From Octopus sinensis (taxonomy: Eukaryota): DNA of 64,000 nt. A model generated the notes under the pieces. That model worked only from the letters and a program-made list of their open reading frames with translations. It was not told the origin of the DNA and searched no databases. A program made the translations under genes and the position numbers. Where the stretch lies: NCBI RefSeq assembly GCF_006345805.1, contig NC_042998.1, forward strand, positions 11,222,001 through 11,286,000, given 5' to 3'. Shown in pieces: positions 1-11,828 of this stretch; within the stretch, counting starts at the first letter, position 1; the number at the start of each line of letters is the position of its first letter.

Positions 1-99
1 AGCTATGAAATTTATATGATTTCTCCATAAAAACTGGCCATACTATTGAAACAGGGTAGTCAGATATGAGTGTAGAGGACAAATACGAGCAAATAATTT

Positions 100-285
100 A
101 AGTTAATATGTATTGTAATACCATATGAAAATAGAGTGGATAACAAACAAAAAATTTGAAATTTTTCAGGACCTAGTCACTGAGATTAAGACAGTATGAA
201 AGAGAATTGTTCCTGTGGCAGTCGATGCACTCGGTACAAGTGAGACTCTGGAGAATATTGGGAGCTAAATGCATTGTCGACCTGA
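100..285 (+). mobile_element. Degenerate C-terminal RLE fragment of an R4/Dong-like non-LTR retrotransposon
   Basis: Translates to KFEIFQDLVTEIKTV*KRIVPVAVDALG, resembling the KY.DL..EI...W....P...GALG end of RLE ORFs seen elsewhere in this window. Confidence 0.6.
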
Positions 286-632
286 AAGGAGTAGTGGGAA
301 AGCATCATAGCCATACGTTAAGAGGAATTTTTGTAGTTTGAATAATTCACTTCTGGAAACATTGGTGTTCCGTTCATCATATTTAAACAAACCTTATTCA
401 GGGACCTTTTGAGCGGGATGGGCTACTCGACTGGAAGAAAATTCTAACTGGGCTCCGCCTGCAAGGCCATGCGCTGTTCATCTTGATATTAGATCATCAT
501 GTCGCAACGCATGGTTGTGATGCATGTGCCTGGTGTACCCTTATCAGAGGTGGTTAGTCATGATGTAAATATTAGGCTTTGTATATTTGAAAACCAGTGT
601 CACTTTGATAGCATGCAATGCTCTCCTCTATA
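286..632 (+). mobile_element. Non-coding TAA-tailed interspersed repeat (SINE-like or long LINE 3' UTR), copy 1
   Basis: Homologous to the reverse complement of 44117-44500 (GTAGTGGG..GCATCATAGCCAT; CCAGTGTCACTTTGA.GCATGC); both copies end at a TAA-derived tract. Confidence 0.7.
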
Positions 633-650
633 ATAGAAGTAGAATTAGTT

Positions 651-655
651 GTAGC

Positions 656-704
<49 letters not shown>

Positions 705-790
705 ATAATGATGATGATAATAATAATAATGATAATAACAACAACAACAACAACAACAATAATGATAATAATAATAATAATAATAATAAC
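651..790. repeat. Compound trinucleotide microsatellite (TAG)n-(TGA/TAA)-(CAA)n-(TAA)n
   Basis: Direct reading. Confidence 0.97.
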
Positions 791-1611
791 TAAACGCAAA
801 AGAAATAGACAAAGAAAAATCCCAGCAATGGTTGAGAAGCTCAGGACTCAAAGCAGAAACAGAGGGATTTTTAATTGCAGCACAAGACCAAAGCCTCCCC
901 ACCAGAAATTACCAAAGACATGTAATGAAAAGAAATATTACAAGTAACTGCAGAATATGTGGAGATGGACAAGAAACAATATATCATATTATCTCTAGCT
1001 GCCCAGTCCTGGCTAAGAAGGAATATATTCACAGACATGACAGAGTTGGAACCTACATACATTGGAAGCTATGCCAACATTATGGAATAACAACAGAAAA
1101 AAGATGGTATAGGCACACACCAGAAAAGGTCACAGAAAACGAGAAAGCAACCATACTCTGGGATATGCCGATACACACAGATAGAGAAATTAAGGCCAAC
1201 AGACCAGATATAGTTGTCAGAGATCATGAAGAAAAAAATGCTTTCTAATTGATGTATCAATACCGGCTTATGAAAACGTGTCTCTAAAAGAAATGGAGAA
1301 ACTCTCAAAATACAAAGACCTGGAAATAGAGATAACCAGAATGTGGAATCTGAAAACAGAAACAATTCCTATCATAGTAGGTGCATTAGGCATGATAAAA
1401 AAATATTCAGACAAATACATAACAAAAACACCAGGACTTACAAACACATATAACATACAGAAAATTGCACTACTAGGCACTGCACACATCCTACGCAGAA
1501 CACTTTCCATACAATAACCATCAGAGCATCACAACAAATCACAACACATACCCAAGGCACACAGAGCTGCGCTCGGTAGTGAAGTGAAAGCACGCTATAA
1601 AAATAAAACTA

Positions 1612-1614
<3 letters not shown>
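791..1614 (+). mobile_element. R4/Dong-like element family A, 5'-truncated: CCHC knuckle + RLE + 3' UTR, one frameshift
   Basis: CRICGDGQETIYHIISSC (CX2CX7HX4C), NRPDIVV..LIDVS (PD-D/ExK type), KLSKYKDLEIE..W; stop at 1517; ~100-bp UTR ending AAAACTACTG then (TAA)n; (TAA)n on both sides. Confidence 0.92.
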
Positions 1615-1651
<37 letters not shown>

Positions 1652-1662
1652 TAATAATAATA

Positions 1663-1715
<53 letters not shown>

Positions 1716-1733
1716 TAATAATAATAATAATAA
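1615..1733. repeat. (TAA)n tract
   Basis: Direct reading. Confidence 0.98.
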
Positions 1734-3461
1734 TAGTTCAACTCCAACCCCAAAAAGTTATACCAAGAACTTGGCAAAAATAAAATAGACATCACTACAG
1801 CACCAACGGCAGAAGGAGTGGAAGAATTTTGGAAAGAAATATGGTCGGCGAATGAACAACCACAGAGAAGGACTATTAAAACAACAAACTCAGCACCTGA
1901 GCAACACTGGACCCCCATAACAACTGAAGGCAACTGGAAGGCACTTGGGCATGACAAGATCCCCAGCTTCTGGTTGAAATATCTAACAGGAATGCACAAA
2001 AAGCTGGCTGAAAACTTTAACAACGTACTAGCAGAGACAGAGACAATGCCTGAATGGCTCACGAAGGGGAAAACCATCTTAATTCCCAAATCAAATGAGA
2101 CAGCAAAACCAGAAAACTACAGACCTATAACCTGTCTCCTTACATTGTACAAAGCCTTTACTGCAGTAATATCGCAAAGATTGAACAAGCATCTGGACGA
2201 AAACAACCTGTTTCCAGAAGAACAGAAAGGATGCTGCAAGGGCTCATATGACTGTAAAGATCAACTAATGGTCAATAATGCCATAACTGAAGACAGCCGC
2301 AGAAAGAAGAAAGGCCTCAGTATGGCCTGGATCGATAACCGAAAGGCGTTTGAAAGCATTCCCCACACGTGGATCCTCGAAGCACTAGCCATTAACAAGG
2401 TAGCACCAACAATTATAAAATACATAAGACGCTCTATGAAAAAGAGGCAGACAGTGCTACAGCTCCAAACAAAAGAGGGACTTGTGAAAACCAAAGTCAT
2501 CCCCATTAAAAGAGGAATATTCCAGGGAGACACGCTCTCTCCACTCCTTTTCTGCTTGGCACTGACACTTGTATCTGATATGCTAAATAGAACTGGATGC
2601 GGATATAAATGTTGCGGCAAAACGATCAGCCACCTTTTATATATGGATGACCTAAAACTATATACGCTACAAATGACAAACAGCTACAAACACTACTACA
2701 GACAGTTAATGGATTTACCAAAGAAATAGATATGAAATTTGGATTAGAAAAATGCGCCAAAGTAACCCTGAAAAGAGGAAAACTAGTTAAGAGTAGCAAC
2801 ATCACACTAGATAAAGCCAATGAAATAAGAGAATTTGACCAAAGCCAAACTTACAAATATTTAGGAATCCATGAGCTAGATATGATACAACACACACAAA
2901 TGAAAGAGAAAATAAAGAAAGAATACTATAGACGAGTTAGATCAATACTAAAAACAAAATAATAACCGTCCCAGTTATAAGTTACAGCTACAATATCCTC
3001 AACTGGACACTAAATGAACTAACCAAAATATATAGGAAAACAAGAAAAATAATGACAGGATCTAGGATGCATCACCTAAGGCCTTATACAGCTGGAAAAC
3101 TATTATAAAATAACGACCATATGACTGCAAAAATATCTACTTCAGAAGCAAGGAAAACCCATACAAATAGCGGCAAAGCACGAGCAAAACAAAAAAACTG
3201 TTTTCAGTATTTAAGGAAGCTGACAAATACAAACCCAAAAAATCATACCACCTAAAAAATATGAAGAAGAAGAAGAAACAACAAAAGCTCTAAAACAAAT
3301 GGAATCCAAACTAAAACTAGAACAGCAACTAACCATGATAAAACGATGGCAAGAAAAGCCCCCCAACTAGAACAGCAACGGACCATGATAAAACGATTGC
3401 AAGAAAAGCCCCTTCATGGCAAATAGTGGACAAAACTAAAGGCAAAACAAGTAGACAGAGA

Positions 3462-3545
3462 AAGGTGTTATCTTAGTTCACTGGTAGTGAACAGCTGACA
3501 CCGTAGTACATCTCCAGCGTTAGAAGCTGTGCAAACGCAATGATG
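3462..3545 (+). mobile_element. Isolated 3' tail of R4/Dong-like family B
   Basis: Matches the reverse complement of 44926-45000 (CTTAGTTCACTGGT.TGAACA.CTGACACCGTAGTACAT.TCCAGCGTTAGAA); followed by (TAA)n. Confidence 0.85.
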
Positions 3546-3548
3546 ATA

Positions 3549-3627
<79 letters not shown>

Positions 3628-3674
3628 AAGAACGACGACGACGACGACGACAACAACAAAAACAACAACAAAAA
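3546..3674. repeat. Compound (TAA)n-(GAA)n-(CGA)n-(CAA)n
   Basis: Direct reading. Confidence 0.97.
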
Positions 3675-4407
3675 CAGCACAAGATCAGAGCCTTCTCACC
3701 AGAAATTACCAAAAATATGCAATGAAAAGAAATACAAGAATAACTGTGGAATATGTGGAGATGGAGAAGAAAGAATAAATGATATTGTCTCTGGCTGCCC
3801 AGTCCTGACTAAGAAGGAATATGTTCAAAGACATGACAAAGTTGGGACCTATGCCAACCGGAAGCTGTGCCAACATTATGGAATATCAGCAAAAAAAAAA
3901 GATGGTATAGACATACACCAGAAAAGGACACGGAAAATAAGAAAAACAACTATACTCTCTGGGATATGCCAATGCACAAAATAGAGAAATTACGGCCAAC
4001 ATGCCGGATATAGTTGTTAGAGATCACCTAGGGGAAAATGCTTTCTAATCGATGTATCAATGCCAACAGATGACAATGTTTCTCTAAAACAAACGGAGGG
4101 AGTTTCAAAATACAAAGATCTGGAAATAGAGGTAACTCGAATGTGGAGTATAAAAACAGAAACAATTCCCATTATAGTAGGCACATGATAAAAAAACATT
4201 CAAACTAATCTCTGTCTGTTCCCTATGCATCCTCAAACAGCTCAACCAAATCAAATGGAATTTTACATGGTAATACTATGAGACCCCGTGCGTGTCAACA
4301 TGTAACGTTTTAGGATTATAACAAAGCAACATTGGCACTGGTTCCATATTATATGTCAAAATTCTAACCACGACAACAACGACACCGACGTCAAATTTTG
4401 TATATGA

Positions 4408-4805
4408 CTAGCAGTATCGCCCGGCGTTGCTCGGGTTTGTAAGGGAAATAACTATATAAGCATTTTTAGAGAGTTATAGCCAAAAGATAGCAAAAAAATG
4501 CATTAAAAATGGAAAAAAAGTGATGGTAAATTTTTTTTAAATCGTTGACTCATCATAGACATTTTTAGAGAGTTACTTCCCTTATATAATAGCGAAGAAA
4601 AATGCATTAAAATGGAAACAAATGATGTTAATTTTTTTTTTAATCGTAGACTCATCGTAGACACGCGCTAATACCCAGAAGGGCTCGATATGAATCACGA
4701 CTATAAGATACCCGGTTTTGGTTAAACTGCACCGCAAAATGTGGGAGTAGCTAGGAATCTAAATCGTAGGAGACAGACACACAACTTCTCTTTTATATAT
4801 AAAGA
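4408..4805 (-). mobile_element. Non-autonomous Helitron
   Basis: On the minus strand it starts TC and ends CTAG, sits between A and T with no TSD, and has hairpin CCCG-AGCAACGC-CGGG ~10 nt from the 3' end; internal ~100-bp tandem duplication. Confidence 0.8.
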
Positions 4806-5048
4806 TTATGTAGCTGTCTGTGAATGTATGTTTGTGAGTGTATGAGCGAGTATATGTCTATACAGTGTGTGTCTTTCAGCGTTAGTTACGTACGTTATTA
4901 AACACACTATATGTTTCACTTTTGTGCCTTTATTATACGTTTACTTCTAACCACGATGACAACATGTGTGAGTCTATGTGTGTGCTTATGTCCAATGTGT
5001 GTGTCTTTGCGCGTTAGGTACGTTATTAAACATACTATATGTATGTGT

Positions 5049-5359
5049 GGAGGCGCAATGGCCCAGTGGTTAGGGCAGCGGACTCGCGGTCGTAGGATCG
5101 CGGTTTCGATTCCCAGACCAGGCGTTGTGAGTGTTTATTGAGCGAAAACACCTAAAGCTCCACGAGGCTCCAGCAGGGGGTGGTGGCAATCCTTGCTGTA
5201 CTCTTTCGCCAGAACTTTCTCTCACTCTTTCTTCTGTTGGCCTGCTCGCTTAGCCAGCGGGGTGGCGTCATTTGAAGGCTAAAACAATGGGAAGCACCTT
5301 GTGACCAGCGATGTGTAGCAACATCTGATAGCCTGGTCGGTCACGGTGATCACGGTGAT
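5049..5359 (+). mobile_element. tRNA-derived SINE group 1, tail type a
   Basis: A box TGGCCCAGTGG, B box GGTTTCGATTCC; 11-bp TSD ATATGTATGTG; near-identical inverted copy at 59299-59624. Confidence 0.9.
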
Positions 5360-5649
5360 ATGTATGTGAGTGTTGGTTAACCACGACGCATCAAATTTTG
5401 TATATAATTGTGTATTTGTCTGTGAATGCATGTGTGTGAGTATATGAGTGTGCATATGCCTCATAGTGCGTGTGTCTTGCCGTGTTAGGCACGTTATTAA
5501 ACAAGCTATATGTGAGGGCTAGTCAGTGTCAATACGAAATTTTCTTTTCATTTCGATTAAAACAGTTTCACTTTTATATTGTTTCACTTTTATTCTTTCA
5601 CTTTTAATAGTTTCACTATGCATACATATACCCGTATGGATGCATGTAC

Positions 5650-5654
5650 GTATG

Positions 5655-5688
<34 letters not shown>

Positions 5689-5836
5689 TGTATGTATGTA
5701 TGTATAAATATAAAAATGGAAGAAAAACACAATAGAGGGCATTAAAACGTTCGGACATATATAGATGTATATGTGTATATATATGTATATATGTATATAT
5801 ATGTATATATGTATATATATGTATATATGGATATAT

Positions 5837-5916
<80 letters not shown>

Positions 5917-5960
5917 ATGTATGTATGTATGTATGTATGTATGTATGTATCTATGTATGT
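5650..5960. repeat. (ATGT)n/(AT)n/(GT)n microsatellite block
   Basis: Direct reading. Confidence 0.95.
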
Positions 5961-6277
5961 ATGAATATAAAAATGCAAGAAAAACGCAAGAGAGAGCATT
6001 AAAACGTTCGGACAGATAGATGATACAAAAGTGGATAAGAGAAACAACAATTAGGACTGGCAAAAGTAGACGGGTCACTCTTGGTTTTATTTCGTCTGTC
6101 AAGTTCCAGAAGTCACGACTATTTCGGGCAGTTACACTTGAGATGTTCGATCTGGTTACGCCCAAAAAAGCTTAAGCTAAAAACATTAGACCTCTTTGTA
6201 AGAAAGCTAGCGAATGTGTACGGTAACAAACAAAGAAAACAAATACATGGTACACAATTACGAATACAAGCACATAA

Positions 6278-6279
<2 letters not shown>

Positions 6280-6341
<62 letters not shown>

Positions 6342-6366
6342 ATGCATACATATAAATATGTGTGTA

Positions 6367-6405
<39 letters not shown>

Positions 6406-6551
6406 ATATATATATATATGTATATATATGTGTATATATATGTATATATATATATGTATATATATGTATGAATATGTATATATATATATATATATATATA
6501 AGTATGCATATATATTTATGTATGTATATATATATATAATATATATATATA
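6280..6551. repeat. (TA)n/(TG)n microsatellite block
   Basis: Direct reading. Confidence 0.95.
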
Positions 6552-6704
6552 TACTTACTCTTTTACTCTTTACTCTTTTACTTGTTTCAGTCATTTGACT
6601 GCGGCCATGCTGGAGCACCGCCTTTAATCGAGCAACTCGACCCCGGGACTTATTCTTTTGTAAGCCCAGTACTTATTCTATCGGTCTCTTTTGCCGAACC
6701 GCTA
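6552..6704 (-). mobile_element. SINE group 2, 3' portion
   Basis: Matches 24261-24410; (TAAAAGAG)n tail. Confidence 0.88.
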
Positions 6705-7076
6705 CATATATATATATACATGCATATATATATGTATATATATGTATATGTATATTATATGTGTGTGTGTGTGTGTGTATGTCTATATATTGAGAAAAGA
6801 GGTCGCCAGAATTTTGGAAAATAATCCTTTTATTTATTTATTATTAGCGCTTTCGTCCGTTTCTCCAACTTGTGAAATAGAATTTTCTGAATGTACAAAC
6901 ATCTTGTTCGTCTATATGAAACATGTTTACCAGGGATTTTGTTTAGAAGGGGAGGAGATTGTTTTGAGATTTTCTTGGTGGTGGGGTGAGGTTCCATGAC
7001 AATGGAGATAGATAGATAGAAAGATAAGTAGGTAGATAGGTTGATAGATAGATTGATAGATAGATAGATAGATATA

Positions 7077-7284
7077 TTTCTTTATTGCCCACAAGGGGCT
7101 AAACATAGAGGGGACAAACAAAGACAGACAAAGGGATTAAGTCGATTACATCGACCCCAGTTCGTAACCGGTACCTTATTTATCGACCCCGGAAGGATGA
7201 AAGGCAAAGTTGAACGCAGAACGTAACGGCAGACGAAATATGGCTACGCATTTCGCCCGGCGTGCTAACGATTCTGCCAGCTCG
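7077..7284 (-). mobile_element. SINE group 3, tail type a, with internal deletion
   Basis: Aligns with 11387-11615 but lacks the GACCTCGACGGAATTTGAAC segment; flanked by a 48-bp direct repeat. Confidence 0.88.
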
Positions 7285-7599
7285 AGATAGATAGATAGAT
7301 AGATAAGTAGGTAGATAGGTTGATAGATAGAGAGAGGGGGAGGAAGAGGAGGGTAAGGGAGGTTTCCCTTCCTCTTCACCATTCATTTATTCATTTACTC
7401 ATTAACCCTTATATTGAAATGGGTTTAAGGATGGTGACCACTTCAAGAGAAAAAAACTGTTGTGATGTGATCGTCACTGAAAGTCTTTTTGCTTTCTTTC
7501 TCTCTTTTTACCACTTCTTCCCTTCTCCTTTTCTTCCTTTTTCTTTTTTCTCATCTTTTCCCCTCTTTCTTTCTTTTTTACCTGTTTGAGTTATATGTA

Positions 7600-8071
7600 G
7601 AATACAAAATGTACAGTCTCCGCTTTTCTTTTAAACATTCAATTATGGAGAGGATTTTTGATGAAATCTAGTTCCATTGCTTTTCGGTATTGCAGATCGC
7701 CCCGTGGGAAAAATTTTGAATTTTCCGTCGCAGCATGTTTTCAGATGCTTACGTAACGAAATTTTGCGCAATTCCTCTTGTCGGATATGTTGCCTGTAGA
7801 TTCTTGTACGCTGGCTGAGGGAATTATTTGTTTCGCCAATGTAATTTTCTTTGCACTTTGGGCACGTAAAATAGTATATAGGTTTTTGGGTTTTGCAGTT
7901 CGTATCTGCATTTATTTTGAAAAGCGATCCGCTCTTGAAATTTCTGTGCGAACCACTTTCTAAGTAATTAAAGTTGTTGTTGTTGTTGTGGCATGTTCCA
8001 CATCTCCTATCTCCACATACTTTTACTAAGAATTCTGATTCATTCAACGATTTGAATTCTGACCTTCAGGG

Positions 8072-8072
<1 letters not shown>
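7600..8072 (-). mobile_element. Penelope-like element, GIY-YIG endonuclease fragment
   Basis: CGDRRCGTC...NCKTQKPIYYFTCPKCKENYIGETNNSLSQR...H matches the Cys-containing GIY-YIG of PLEs. Confidence 0.88.
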
Positions 8073-8154
<82 letters not shown>

Positions 8155-8156
8155 AT

Positions 8157-8225
8157 ATTCTTTTATTCTTTTATTTATTTCAGTTGTCTGCGGCCATGTT
8201 GGAGCACCGCCTATAGTCGAACAAA
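8157..8225 (-). mobile_element. SINE group 2, terminal fragment fused to a family A element
   Basis: GCGGCCATGTTGGAGCACCGCC.TAGTCGA.CAAA as in 24300-24345. Confidence 0.8.
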
Positions 8226-9038
8226 AGAAGTAGACATAGAAAAATCCCACCAATGTTTGAGAAGCTCAGGACTCAAAACAGAGACTGAAGGATTTTTAAA
8301 TGCAGCACAAGACCAAAGCCTCCCCACCAGAAATTACCAAAAAACATATAATGAAAAGAAACATATCAAGTAACTGCAGACTATGTGGAGATAGACAAGA
8401 AGCAATAAATCATATTATCTCTGGCTGCCCAGTCCTGGTTAAGAAAGAATATATTCACAGACACTACAAAATTCGGACCTACATACACTGGAAGCTATGT
8501 CAACATTATGGAATAACAAAAGAAAAAAGATGGTATAGGCACACACCAGAAATGGTCACAGAAAACGAGAAAGCAACCATACTCTGGGATATCTGAATAT
8601 ATACAGAGAGAGAAATTAAGGCCAATAGGCCAGATATAGTTGACAGAGATCATGAAGGAAAAAAATGCTTTCTAATTGATGTATCAATACCAGATGACAA
8701 TGTTTCTCTAAAAGAAATGGAGAAACTTTCAAAATACAAAGACCTGGAAATAGAGGTAACTCGAATGTGGAATCTAAAAACAGAAACAATTCCTATCATA
8801 GTAGGCACATTAGGTATGATAAAAAAGTATTCAGACAAATATATAACAAAAACACCAGGACTTACAAACACATACAATATACAGAAAATTGCACTACTGG
8901 GCACTGCACACATCTTACGCAAAACATTTTCAATACAGTAACCATCAGAGCATCACAACAAATCACAGCACATACCCAAGGCACACAGAGCTGTGCTCGG
9001 TAGTGAAGTGAAAGCACGCTATAAAAATAAAACTACTG
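8222..9038 (+). mobile_element. R4/Dong-like family A, 5'-truncated (CCHC + RLE + 3' UTR)
   Basis: Colinear with 791-1614; ends AAAACTACTG(TAA)n. Confidence 0.92.
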
Positions 9039-9068
9039 AATAATAATAATAATATAATAATAATAATA

Positions 9069-9483
<415 letters not shown>

Positions 9484-9486
9484 TAA

Positions 9487-9563
<77 letters not shown>

Positions 9564-9565
9564 GT

Positions 9566-9777
9566 AATCCTTTCTACTAAAGGCACAAGGCCTGAAATTT
9601 GTGAGGAGGCGACTAGTCGATTACATTGATCTCAATGTTTCACTGATACTTCATTTATCGATCCCGAAAAGATGAAAAGCAAAGGCCACTGCGGCGAAAT
9701 TTAACTCAGCACTTAAAGTCGGGCAAATTACCGGTAAGCATTCTGTCCAGCAAACGATTCTGCCAGATCGCCGCCTT
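9566..9777 (-). mobile_element. SINE group 3, tail type b
   Basis: Head GGCGGCGATCTGGCAGAA; tail ...CAGGCCTTGTGCCTTTAGTAGAAAGGAT followed by (TTA)n in SINE sense. Confidence 0.82.
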
Positions 9778-9779
9778 TC

Positions 9780-9840
<61 letters not shown>

Positions 9841-9842
9841 TT

Positions 9843-10062
9843 ATGATAAAAAAATATTCAGACAAATACATAACAAAAACACCAGGACTTACAAACACAT
9901 ATAACATACAGAAAATTGCACTACTAGGCACTGCACACATCCTACGCAGAACACTTTCCATACAATAACCATCAGAGCATCACAACAAATCACAGCACAT
10001 ACCCAAGGCACACAGAGCTGCGCTCGGTAGTGAAGTGAAAGCACGCTATAAAAATAAAACTA

Positions 10063-10065
<3 letters not shown>
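9843..10065 (+). mobile_element. R4/Dong-like family A, short 3' end
   Basis: Nearly identical to 1391-1614; flanked by TAA tracts. Confidence 0.93.
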
Positions 10066-10150
<85 letters not shown>

Positions 10151-10153
<3 letters not shown>

Positions 10154-10410
10154 GACCAACAACTCAAGGGCTTACTAGCGATAGTCAAACAATTCAGTGA
10201 CGACATCAGAATGCAATTCGGCCTCGATAAATGTGCAAAAGCTACCTTTATCAAAGGAAAAATGACAGAAACATCTAACGTTAACCTTGACCAGCAGAAT
10301 GTCATAAAATAACTAGGCCCAGCGGAGAGCTACAAATACCTAGGGGTAATTGAAGGGAACGGAATAAGGCATTCAGAGATGAAGGAAAGGATCAGGAGAG
10401 AATGCTATCT
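10151..10410 (+). mobile_element. R4/Dong-like RT C-terminal/thumb fragment (not family A)
   Basis: NDQQLKGLLAIVKQFSDDIRMQFGLDKCAK...ESYKYLG...MKERIRREC; paralogous to 2690-2940. Confidence 0.85.
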
Positions 10411-11085
10411 CATGGTAGCCAAATGAAAACAGCAATAGTGCAGATGAAATAGGTAACAGATGCACAGAACCCTGGGCACGAGCAGTACATTCCAGTGAGG
10501 AAGCTGAAGAAAGAATAGCGAATAACAGATATGTGAAAAAAGACGAAAATTAGACCTACCATGACACAGAATTAGAGGTGAATGATAAAGAGATCATTGA
10601 AACAAAAGAAGATATTACGAGAGAAGTCAGCAAAACTGAATTTACTGACATGATCAATTGAGAACCGCTACTAAAGCTATCAAACAACATAAAAAATAAC
10701 AACACAATCATGATATATAATGTTGTTCTTAGACATATCTTAAGAAATAAGGGAAATGACCTAACAACCTTAAATAACCTCGTCTATTCCACTGCTAAAG
10801 TTGTAATTGCTCAACTAAGTATCAGGACGATATAAAAAAAAGGACCAACAATGTCAATAGACTTCTAAGTGGAAAGTAGCAATACAAAGAGAGATTAAAT
10901 CTCTGCAGGCGGATGTATCAATTCTCGATGAACTTGTTAGAGGAGTAAATGTTAAGACGAAACGAGCAAGAAAATTCAAGCAAAAATATATAATCAAAGA
11001 TTTTATAAACTTCCCTGCAACCAAGGAAAAAGTGAAATTGTAGGGCCCTTTCAATCTGGACTTTCGTAGCCGTTTACCGGCTTCG
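10411..11085 (+). mobile_element. Probable N-terminal (pre-RT) region of an R4/Dong-like ORF, decayed
   Basis: DLTTLNNLVYSTAKV...SKWKVAIQREIKSLQADVSILDEL; similar in pattern to 47440-47620 (minus). Confidence 0.55.
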
Positions 11086-11386
11086 AAACCTGAAGTTAAT
11101 GCATTCATAAGACGCTATTATTCTGGTTATAGCAGCCAATGTTTCAGGGGGAGGAGCCAGCTCTGCCCTTCTCCCTTCGAGTTTTCTAAATTTAGCTGCA
11201 TTCGAAAATTTAGAGGTTTATCCTCTAGAGGGGATAAAATTCTTATGGGGTGGCCATGCCCTCAGAAGAGACAGTATTATTGTTGCTGATGGTGGAATTG
11301 TAAATGCTTCCTTTATTTCTACTATTGCTACCTCCTTCCACGATTATCTATCTTTCTATCTATATTTGTCTCTTTGCATATATATA

Positions 11387-11615
11387 TTTCTTTACTGCCC
11401 ACAAGGGGCTGAACACAGAGGGGACACACAAGGACAGACAAACGGATTAAGCCAATTATATCGACCCCAGTGTGTAACTGGTACTTATTTAATCGACCCC
11501 GAAAGGATGAAAGGCAAAGTCGACCTCGACGGAATTTGAACTCAGAGCGTAACGGCAGACGAAATACGGCTACGCATTTCGCCCGGCGTGCTAACGTTTC
11601 TGCCAGCTCGCCGTC
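11387..11615 (-). mobile_element. SINE group 3, tail type a, full length
   Basis: A-box-like CTGGCAGAAACG, B-box-like GAGTTCAAATTCC; central GGTCGACTTTGCCTTTCATCCTTTCGGGGTCG. Confidence 0.88.
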
Positions 11616-11621
11616 TGCATT

Positions 11622-11626
<5 letters not shown>

Positions 11627-11652
<26 letters not shown>

Positions 11653-11655
11653 CAC

Positions 11656-11709
<54 letters not shown>

Positions 11710-11744
11710 TATTTAGAGAGAGAGAGAGGGAGAGAGAGATAGAG

Positions 11745-11825
<81 letters not shown>
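11627..11825. repeat. (CA)n-(TA)n-(GA)n-(GATA)n compound microsatellite
   Basis: Direct reading. Confidence 0.96.

Positions 11826-11828
<3 letters not shown>

Larger units (their letters stand above)
1734..4205 (+). mobile_element. R4/Dong-like family A, decayed: RT domain, thumb, CCHC and RLE; interrupted at 3462-3674; 3' end lost
   Basis: ORF 1818-2729 has PENYRPITCL, MAWIDNRKAF, RGIFQGDTLSPLLF and HLLYMDDLKLY; 3675-4197 aligns with 880-1400; multiple frameshifts. Confidence 0.92.

Noticed and set aside
572-947. ORFs of poly-I/V/T/S/N/Y here, and YI/CV/MYVC/HT-repeat ORFs across the window (e.g. 5590-6165, 29063-29689, 30172-30879, 54962-55726)
   Set aside because: They are translations of stop-free microsatellite frames and carry no coding signal.
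1818-2729. 303-aa RT ORF as a host gene, retron, group II intron or DGR
   Set aside because: Motifs and context (CCHC + RLE downstream, TAA flanks, frameshifts) identify a decayed R4/Dong-type LINE.
5049-5125. tRNA gene (also SINE heads at 24600-24676, 32640-32711, 51659-51725, 59550-59624)
   Set aside because: A/B boxes are present, but each runs into a repeated body with a tail and in some cases a TSD, so these are SINE heads.
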